Source: Bugula neritina (taxonomy: Eukaryota > Animalia > Bryozoa). From it: a DNA stretch of 19,813 nucleotides. Under the pieces are notes generated by a model. That model ran no database searches. It saw only the letters and a list, made by a program, of their open reading frames with translations, and was not told where the DNA came from. Positions 11,156-19,813 of the stretch are shown here, in pieces. How positions within the stretch are numbered: position 1 is the first letter of the stretch; each line of letters starts with the position of its first letter. The position numbers and the translations under genes are program-made. Location: NCBI GenBank assembly GCA_964035545.1, contig CAXIUT010000292.1, positions 1 to 19,813 of the forward strand. Direction: 5' to 3'.

Positions 11156-12613
11156 ATGAGTAGTATTCGTGATTTTATTCCTTTGTGTAAGATCGGTTAG
11201 GGCAGCTATAGTACAGTTTATAAGGTTCAAAGACGAAGTGATGGAAATATCTATGCAGTTAAAAAAGTAAAAATGAATCAACTTACTAAAAAGTAACAAG
11301 AAAATGCTCTTAATTAAATTAGAATATTAGCCTCTATCTAATCAGAAAGCATCATTGCTTATAAATAAGCCTTTTTTGATTAAAATATTCATGTACTGTG
11401 CATAGTTATGGAATACGCAGGTATTCATGTTGATAGTTAGATGGAGGAGATTTACATCAGATGATTACTTAAACCAAAAAGAAAGGAGGTTCTTTTCAAG
11501 AGTATTAGATATGGGGAGCTGCTAAAAGAATGCTCATGGGACTAGAAAACCTTCACTAACGAGGAATTATGCATAGAGATTTAAAATCAGCTAATATTTT
11601 CAAAACGAAACAAGGCTTTAAATTGGGAGATCTTAACGTGTCGAAGGTTACTACTGGCAGATTAGCTTATACTCAAACAGGAACACCATACTATGCTAGT
11701 CCATAAGTATGGCGAGACGAGCCTTATGATTCCAAAAGTGATATTTGGTCTTTGGGATGCATAATATATGAAATGACAGCTTTAAGACCTCCATATGAAG
11801 GCAGAGATCTCTAATAACTTTTTAAAAGTGTTCAGAATAAACCAATACCTTCAATACCCAAACAATATTCGAGAGATCTCATGGATCTTATCCACTATTG
11901 TTTGAATAAGAAAGCAATGAAACGACCGGCTGCTGGATAGTTACTTCGATATGGACCTTTTAGAAAATATTTTGAGAATAAATATTTACAGGGAAATAAT
12001 GATTAGACAGAAATAGAGAAAACAAATAAAAAACAACTGCTGAAAACTATCAAATTGCCATCAGATTGACAAAACTAAAAGATAAACTTCCTAATTCTAA
12101 ATATGAAACTTAGACTATTCAAAATAAGTCAGCTTTGGTTGGACAGTATCATTCAAAAGATAGTAATAGTCAAAGGAATCCAAATATTTAATAAAAAATA
12201 ATAAATAAAAGTGAAGTTTTTAGAAGTCCTTCATCAAGAATGACTCGAGAGGAATCAGTTAAAGTCAACAGAACTCCTGTATCATAAGTTAAAATAAATC
12301 CGAGACTATCAGAAGTGGTGGCTAAATATTCAGATAGAGTAAATTTGAGTGATAAAAAATCAAATAAGGTCTAAAGAGTTAGTTCTAAACATTATCAGCC
12401 AGCTTATCTTAATATTTAAAAATATATCAAAGAAGAAATGGTGAAAAGACCTGCTACTCAGAACTCAATACCAAGGACAGAGAAGGGTCAAAAAGGAATT
12501 AGCAAACGAGCTGAAATGAATATAATGGGAGATATTGAGGAAGTAAGGAGAAAATTGGTAAAAAAATGTAGAGTTTTGAGTAGTAATAATCAAAAACCAT
12601 CTTGGTGGGATGA
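11156..12613 (+). CDS. NIMA-related (NEK) Ser/Thr kinase, 1 intron
   Basis: [32 protein letters not shown]|[44 protein letters not shown]. As written it stops at TGA 12067-12069, but the [19 protein letters not shown] tail continues in the -1 frame to KPSWW(G), with TGA at 12611-12613 after a second -1 correction. Confidence 0.92.
11421..11440 (+). other. 20-nt intron (NEK kinase)
   Basis: GTATTCATGTTGATAGTTAG; removal restores MEYADGGDL. Confidence 0.92.
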
Positions 12614-12792
12614 CTGTGATTTTTTAACTAAATTAAACTCAAAAAAGGATGTGAATATTTAAGATAATTTTTATGAATAAATAAATCTTCCAATTAGCAT
12701 TAATATTGTTTTATTTTGTTAAAACAGTTCTAAAACCTTTATTTAACTTCTAAGATGGATGTATTTTAATACTTTTATGGATTGCTATTTTG

Positions 12793-13688
12793 ATGATATA
12801 CCTATTGTTTGCTAGTATATTATTATAATTGCTTCAAATTGACTCATGGGACAGAGTATTCAGTTCACCAAAAGCACCTCAACGTAACTAACTCGTTAAT
12901 TAATTAAGTTCTCTCGGTAATGAACCTTTTCAACAACCTACAAGCAGAAATAAGAGGGTCCAAACCATTTTATCATCAATCGTCTAATAATCTTAACTCT
13001 AAGACTCTGATAAAAAAGTTAAAGAAGAGTCATAAAATGCTTTGATATTGAAAAAAATGATTCTCATCATGTAAAAGAAGGTAACTATTGTAAAATAAAG
13101 GTTGATCAAAATGCCAAGGAATTGTCTCAATTGAAGCAGTCAAATGATAAAAATTCTGTTACTATCGTTTCTTTGGTGAATCAATTTCCAAATCTAGTCT
13201 AGACTATCCGTTCTGAATTCGCAACATTGAGGAAAATGGTTCATGATTTGACTCCTATCAAAGAGGAAGTTATCTATGAGGAAAGTGATTAGTTCAAAAG
13301 TCCAAAATAGTTACATAAAATCTAAGAATAGGACTAAGTGATTGAAAATTAAATGTCTGGTTAAGAAAATCCTGGGTAACATTCAGAATATTCACCTGAA
13401 GAAGGAAGAAGACAAAAAAAAAGCAAGGAGATAAAGAAAGAAAATAAATCTATCAAAAAAAGTAGTAATAGAAAGAGAAGAGAGAAGAAGATTCCACCAA
13501 GTGTTGAGCAGATAAATAAAATCTGTGATCTCATTCTTGATAAGGGTTTATTGATCACATAAGGAGCCTAAACTTTGAACATTGGAGTCAGTGCTATGTA
13601 AAGATTAGTTAGAGAAAGAATGAAATTAAGCAATAAAGGAGAATCTATTCTATATTCTAATTCTCCATCAAAAAACAAAAGTAAATGA
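12793..13688 (+). CDS. Hypothetical coiled-coil protein with possible C-terminal helix-turn-helix, 1 intron
   Basis: Open frame across a 20-nt intron to TGA 13686-13688; basic patch followed by ICDLILDKGLLITEGAETLNIGVSAMERLVRE. Start codon uncertain. Confidence 0.65.
13081..13100 (+). other. 20-nt intron
   Basis: GTAACTATTGTAAAATAAAG; removal joins two long open frames (MEKK|VDQNAKEL). Confidence 0.8.
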
Positions 13689-13765
13689 TAGAATAGCATT
13701 TGTTCGATAAGTTATTTTATCAATTAAGTGCTATTATGACACTGAAGGGAGTTATAATTTTTTGA

Positions 13766-15949
13766 ATGGCCGAGTATCAGCACAATGCAATCGTGCTGAA
13801 GAAGGGTAATGAGGCACGGTTCAATCAACTGTGGGCCAGTTTTGCTAAATCCTAGCCCAACGCTATGCGTCTGAGTGAGTACATTCAATTTGTTATTGAT
13901 CGGGGTCTTGTTTCAAATCGTACTACTATGAAACATTTCTACAAACTGTTTGAGATGGCAACTGAAAAGAGAGTGGCAAATGAGCCTCCAACACCAGCCA
14001 ATATAGCAAGTTTGATGTTGGAGAAGACGATTCTCAGACAGGAATTTATATTTTTACTGAACGAGTTGGGAAAGTATCTCTACCACAATGACAAAAATCA
14101 GCAGGATAAAGTTTACAACTAGCTTTTGGGCGAGAAGGCGCAAGTGGATAAGGATTCGATAACTTATGGTCGTGTGATGATAATGTAAGAAATAAATAGA
14201 AAAATGATGATGTAGAATGCGATTCAAACTATGTCTGAGTACTAGGATTAGTTCAGACATCTGTATCTTATCTATGTGGAGTAAAACTATTGGGCAATGA
14301 AGAGACAAAATAGGTTATTACTCAATCAGAGATAAGTGTAACTCCAGAATAAGAAGATGTCAGCTATTTCTTTTATGAGGTTTTTGAAAGAATCTTAAAT
14401 AGTGCCTCATTTGATCAATATCGAACATGTAGAAGAACTTTTGTCTAAGGTAGTGCCACCTATCAATCCTAAGGAAAATTAATTTTATTATAAACATTTT
14501 TTGGTTGATATTTATTCAAAAGATTTGGATAATTCTTAGTTGAGGCATGATGGAGATCCTGGCTTATTGCTTTTTGAGTTTATATTTATGATAGGAAGGA
14601 TAGCTGTTTAAACTAGCAAGGAAATGGATAATACTAAGAAGGTCTATGATATGGTTTTATCAAAATTCTTTGGGAGCTATTTGTTTTTGAGAAATAATGA
14701 TGAAGTTAAAAGTAAAAAATAATTTCCTGGAATCAATAAAATATTTTTGAACAATTTGAAAAGATTTTATACGATAGCTTAAAGAGAATAAGAAGGAGGT
14801 TAATAATAGTAATCAGAAGAAGAGTATAATCCTTTTGAAGAGCTAAGAGGAAAACAAATGGAATTAGAACATATGGAACCTTTACAATTCAATATTCCTC
14901 AGATGATAAGAACTTTAAATTCTGAACTACCTGCAATGCCTGAACCTATTGATGTCAAACAGGAGCAACCACCTCCTTTTGCTCCTAAATTTAAAGATGT
15001 GGGAAAGGTAACTATTGGTCAACAGCCTCCTCCTTAGAAACCTGATAAAAATAAAAATATGAAGGTTAATCCTAAAAAGCCTCAACTGAAGAAAGGTTAA
15101 AAACCTCCAAGAGTGTTCAAATTTCTTGAAGCTGGTTAGCAAACTGCTAAAATTCCAGCATCTGAAGACTACCTTCAAAAGTTAGCAACATAATTAGATT
15201 ATTCTTTAAAGCCTTTATCTTCATTATAAAGAGGTAACATTCCCTTAGATCCTTTCCCATCAATCATTTCATAGATATTGTATCCACCTGAAGTACCATA
15301 AATAGTTCTTCCATACATCTAGGCAGCTATCAATGCTCACAATGAGGGAGGCTATGCCTTATCTTTATAAAATTATAACAAGGCTTATTAATTGTGGAAG
15401 GATGAGATCGATATGGGTGCTAATTTATAGTTATTCTTTTAGTTTTCAAGAGGGGGAGTGTATCTTTCAGCTGGAAAAGATGATTATGCATTTAATTGTT
15501 TTTATAGTTGCCGAGGATGGCTATAAAAAATTCCTTATCTCAATCCTGATAGAGCACTACCGTTTTGTGGCCTTGGCTAGGCCCTATACAATGCTGAATA
15601 ATACTAACTTGCAGCTCGATGTTTCTTGAAGGCCAGATAGATCAGGTAGGGATTGTTAGGCATTGAATGCGTAGACACAGTAACAACATTTAATAACATT
15701 GGATGTTGTTTTTTTATGTTGGACCGACCGAAGTAGGCATTGAGTTATTTCAAGATCGCTCGAGAGGTGATGATATCATAGTTGGGTTAGTTCCACTAGC
15801 GATCCCAGACAACAAGATAGAATGTGAATTTGTGTAATAAGGCGTTTTACCAGAACACTCCATAGTATCGTAAATTATGGTAGGTATTTGAGAAGGACAA
15901 ATTCGGCAAGAAGAAAAAAAAAAAGAAGAAGAAAGACGGCAAGAAATGA
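13766..15949 (+). CDS. TPR-repeat protein, 727 aa, intronless
   Basis: 728 codons in one frame; C-terminal kinesin-light-chain-like TPRs (CFLKAREIREGLLGIECVDTVTTFNNIGCC), acidic and Pro-rich linker, poly-Lys tail. Confidence 0.88.
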
Positions 15950-15971
15950 TTCATCGATATTATAATAAATA

Positions 15972-16454
15972 ATGGGATATAATTAAAACTGCAAATATCA
16001 AAACTGTCTATCTGGTTGCTGTAATAACAATGGAGATTGTCCGTAGTGGTACGATAATAATAATATTTACTATACTGATTGTCACTACTATTATGGAGTT
16101 GATTCTAACTTGTTGCTGTGGACTACTGTTTGTTGTATTGTTGGAGCTATCATTATTATTGTTATTGGGTATGTTTATTATCGATCTTACAGACAGAGGA
16201 GAGAAGAGATGATGAGACAGAATTAGTTTGAAATAAGTAATGCTACGTTGGAGACCAAGCCAGATGTAGTGGGAATCGGGCGTCCGCAGAGTCCTGTTCT
16301 TGTGGATTATAGGGATTAAAAATAAAAAGACAAAGATGATAGAGATATAAATAAATGGGTGTTGAAACCATACGGACAGCCTCTAAACGTGAGTTCGTTG
16401 GGCAAGACAGCAAGTGCCATCTATGGAATCGGTGCTATTCAGCATTAGAATTGA
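15972..16454 (+). CDS. Small single-pass membrane protein with Cys-rich N-terminus, 160 aa
   Basis: MGYNENCKYQNCLSGCCNNNGDCPEWY...DCHYYYG, TM LLLWTTVCCIVGAIIIVIGYVYY, basic stop-transfer RSYRQRR, TGA 16452-16454. Confidence 0.8.
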
Positions 16455-16500
16455 TGTTGATTTAGTAAGTGATCGGAATCAGTATTTATTAATTAATAAG

Positions 16501-18454
16501 ATGTCGATAGAATAAAAACAGATCTATTTGCGGTAGTAGATAATTGATAGAGATGTTAGTACGGAGGAGTTCTTTTAGTATTGGCAGACGTTGGATTTGG
16601 GTATTTTTGTTTTGAGGTAGAATTGGATGAGGTTTCAATGGATAAGTTGAAGGAGGTTGTTAGTCTGTTTATTTAACAGTTGCCTCAAAAAGAGAATGGA
16701 AAAGATTAAAAGGATGTGAAAAAAGAAGGGTAAAAAGAAAATTAAGAGGAAGAGGAATAATTTAGTGATTTTCAAACTGCTGAACATAAAGAAGAGAAAA
16801 ATATATATCAGGATTTTAATTGGGATATTCTCAATATCAAAAAGCATCAGGAGGCATCACCAAGTAAAGTTGAGGTGTTTCCTCAAATAAATTAACGAAA
16901 AGAGGTATAAATTATTGAAGAAAATACTGAAGAAGAAGTAAAAATCGAGAGATAATATAAAAGTAGAAGAGAAGAACCTATTTTGAAGAATCATAGATAA
17001 GAAAGAAGAAAAATAGTAGATTCAATTTTGTAGAAATAGACAACAGCATATTAATAATAACCAAAACCAAATAAATAATCTAAAAAACCAAATAAAACAT
17101 CGTAAAAACAAAACAATAAAAGCAATCAACAAATCTACTGGACAACGTCACTAGTTAGCCAGTAAAACCATAAAAGCAAGATGAAAAATCATTGACAATC
17201 AAGCAGGTGCTAGATTCATCAAAATTATCAAAAATAAATTGTCTGAAACTTCAATAAAACATTCTGAGTCGTCATAGTAATCCCTAAATATTCATCACTA
17301 AGTACATTTTCAATAACAAAGCATCTAGTAAGTAGAATAGAAAAGAAACATAATTGACAATTTGATAAAAAACAAAATAAAGATCTTTACTGTTAAAACA
17401 ACTGCTAGAACGAAAAGCAGGGCAATCGGTATAAGTTGGTAGGTGAAGAGAAAGATTCAAGATTTTTAGTGGTTGAGAAATATGTTGATTAAATTTTATC
17501 CTGGATTGGTGGTTCCTCCATTGCCTCATGCATCAAAATCAAAAAATAAAATATTTGGGTATCAGAAGAAATTATAACATTTTCTATTGGATTGCTATCG
17601 ATGTCCTTAATTGAAAAATTCTAAATATTTTTAGGTATTTCTATCATATAATACTGCCTCACAATTTTAGTAATTTATCAAAAGTAGTATAAGTTCTTCA
17701 AAACCTAGAGATCTTAGTCATATATTGAATATGAAAGGACAGGTGGATACTATTTATAGTGATCATATTGAAAAATATGGAAATGGGCTGCAAAGTTATT
17801 TAAATAAAACTTCTACTCATCTTAAAAAGTATTTATTTAGAATATTTTAGAGTTAATTAGTATTTTTAGGAAATCAACGAAAGTTATGATCATATTTCTG
17901 AGTTGTTTTTGGAAGTTGGAGGGGTTTTCCACTAGATGTCACAGTAGTCGTATTCTTTTAGTAATTAAAAATGTTACTAGAAGTTGGCTAATACCTACAA
18001 ACAGATAGCTTTTTTGACAGAGTAGCATAGTAAGATATGTGAAGAGTAGAAAGATTATTTAGATGCCTTTATGAAAAGTCATTTTGCTTATTAAAAAATA
18101 AGAATAGACAATATGCAAAATCTAATCACAAGGAGAACCACTTTTGCTGGATAGCTATCTAAACGGTCAAAGGAGGAAGATGGAAAAGGAATGTTCGGGA
18201 AGTTGAGCAGTTTCTTTGGATAAAAAAGTTAATATGTCGATACTCCTTCTTCTAGCTATGACATATTGTATCAACAAGTGGGTTATTATAATAATCAGTT
18301 GTTGGAAGAGAGTGCGAGATGTATTTAGGTGATGGTGGATAGTCATGCGAGTAATTTTTCAGGATATGGGATGAGTAGAATCGATGGAGTGGATCGGATG
18401 CAGAAGACGTGGTCGAAGTTGTTGGTGGAATTGAGTAAATTGGGATTGAACTGA
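16501..18454 (+). CDS. PX-domain sorting nexin with helical (BAR-like) C-terminus, 3 introns
   Basis: PX motifs WEVKRKIQDFEWLRNMLIKFYPGLVVPPLP and KLEHFL...PELKNSKYFEVFL; N-terminal EEKQIYLREEII; TGA 18452-18454; one -1 shift near 17130. Confidence 0.85.
16601..16620 (+). other. 20-nt intron (sorting nexin intron 1)
   Basis: GTATTTTTGTTTTGAGGTAG; gives LDL|ELDEVSMDKLKEVV. Confidence 0.8.
17302..17321 (+). other. 20-nt intron (sorting nexin intron 2)
   Basis: GTACATTTTCAATAACAAAG; links the upstream frame to the PX frame. Confidence 0.78.
17829..17850 (+). other. 22-nt intron (sorting nexin intron 3)
   Basis: GTATTTATTTAGAATATTTTAG; unspliced frame hits TGA shortly after, spliced frame stays open to 18454. 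Confidence 0.75.
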
Positions 18455-18525
18455 TTTATTTTGTCTATAATTACTACTTTATATCATCACATTTAATTGA
18501 CTTATGATTTTCTTTATAAGAAGTA

Positions 18526-18613
18526 GGGGTTGGGGTTTGGGGTTGGGGTTGGGGTTGGGGTTGGGGTTGGGGTTGGGGTTGGGGTTGGGGTTGGGGTTGG
18601 GGTTGGGGTTGGG
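18526..18613. repeat. Internal telomeric tract (GGGGTT)n, right end of the 18.6 kb chromosome
   Basis: 88 nt of G4T2 with one G4T3 unit, 71 bp after the last stop codon. Confidence 0.95.
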
Positions 18614-18705
18614 ATCAATAATAGTGATTAAATGTTAGATATAGATTGATCATTCTATTTTTTAGTGGAAATATATTTTATCTTTTATTGCTTCCCATCT
18701 TTATA

Positions 18706-19509
18706 TCAACTTTTACGTTCTATCTGCAGCATCATTCTCTGATTCTTTAGTCTTTATACATTTAGAAAATAAGGCAGCCAAACAACTGCAAATATCTGAT
18801 TTCTTTCTTTATTTTTATAGTTATTAAATAATCTAAACTTCTTCTTTAGATTCTCTGCTTCTGACTTCATTTTTTAGTCTTATTTTATTTCTTATATCCA
18901 TTCAGTGATGTCCTATTATTAGAAATAAGCTTTATTCAATTTATAATCAGTTAAAAATTCAAGTATCTTAGCAGCAAAAGTATTTCTTATAGGATGTTTA
19001 GTATAATTAACTTTTTACAGATAACTTATCTTTTTCTTTATATTTGACTATATTTATTTATCTTTATTAAAAATAAAATCTTTTATTATTTTATCTGCCT
19101 TTCTTTTACCTATTTTTGTATCATTTGCTTGTATCTTATCAAAATATTAATAAAACTTATGAACATCTTTTGATTTTTTATACTGCAAATATATCCTTTA
19201 ATTTTAATCATTCTTTATTTAATTCTTTTTTATTTAATTCTTTTATATTTATTCTTCTATTTGCTTCTTTCTTTTATCACTATTTATAATAATCTATATT
19301 TATGAACATATTTGTTTGTCTTCTAGCATTTTTTGGCACCATAGTTCTGCTTATCTTTTATTTTGATTTTTGATCTTTATCATTTGTTTATATATTTTTA
19401 ACCATGAACTATCTTATGGTTTTTGCTAGATATTTTCTGATAGTATTATTAGAATAATCGGCTCGTTATAAATCTGTTATTTATTTATTGAAGGAAATGT
19501 TCCAGACAT
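18706..19509 (-). CDS. Hypothetical K/E/I-rich protein, possibly 5'-truncated
   Basis: One frame is TGA-free from the terminal telomere (19734) to TGA 18706-18708; first in-frame ATG at 19509; no family recognised. Confidence 0.55.
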
Positions 19510-19734
19510 ATTTTTTGAGAAAGAATCTTTAAATGACTAAATTAGCTTTTTATTGTAAAATATTTTAGTTAGAAATGGGATATTTTTTGAAATCCATTAG
19601 TTTATAATTATGGTACTGTTGTGATTAAATGTTTTAAATAGAGTAGTTTCATTTTTATATACTAACTTAAATTTTAATTATATATTTTGGTATAGTTTAT
19701 GAGTTGAGATAAAATAAGATAATATATAATTTTA

Positions 19735-19813
19735 GGGGTTGGGGTTGGGTTGGGGTTGGGGTTGGGGTTGGGGTTGGGGTTGGGGTTGGGGTTGGGGTTG
19801 GGGTTGGGTTGGG
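19735..19813. repeat. Terminal telomere (GGGGTT)n
   Basis: G4T2 array to the window end, with two G3T2 units. Confidence 0.97.

Noticed and set aside
11156-11940. Split code with TAA=Glu and TAG=Gln
   Set aside because: The kinase TAG sites are ambiguous, but TAG sits at conserved Glu positions in the PX, DRC5 and TPR motifs and in poly-Glu runs.
15960-16445. Minus-strand ORF from ATG 16445
   Set aside because: Antisense to a more coherent plus-strand gene; long shadow ORFs are expected with a single stop codon.
119-17529. Supplied six-frame ORFs as genes
   Set aside because: Computed with TAA/TAG as stops. Most are antisense or off-frame shadows; only 6828, 7699 (partly), 8322, 12438 (mostly) and 13865 are fragments of real CDSs.
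18532-18542. Paramecium-like mixed telomere repeats (G4T3, G3T2 variants)
   Set aside because: Isolated homopolymer-length variants, consistent with the indel noise elsewhere.

Overview
This is eukaryotic DNA from a ciliate macronucleus, not prokaryotic. Tetrahymena-type telomeres ((C4A2)n at 1-63, (G4T2)n at 18526-18613) bound an ~18.6 kb telomere-to-telomere minichromosome with 10 tightly packed genes. A further 1.1 kb segment with one ORF follows, capped by a second G4T2 tract. Manual translation shows TAA and TAG both encode Glu and TGA is the stop (NCBI table 30, peritrich code), so the supplied standard-code ORF track is mostly misleading. Genes in order: divergent lipoxygenase, 815-aa unknown protein, P4-ATPase-like pseudo-flippase lacking DKTGT, DRC5/TCTE1, multi-EF-hand protein, NEK kinase, coiled-coil/HTH-like protein, TPR protein, small Cys-rich single-pass membrane protein, PX-domain sorting nexin. 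Eight introns of 20-22 nt were inferred; six are exactly 20 nt with an invariant A six bases from the 3' end. About 14 single-base frameshifts, mostly at homopolymers, suggest sequencing error. Homology calls rest on recalled motifs, not database searches.
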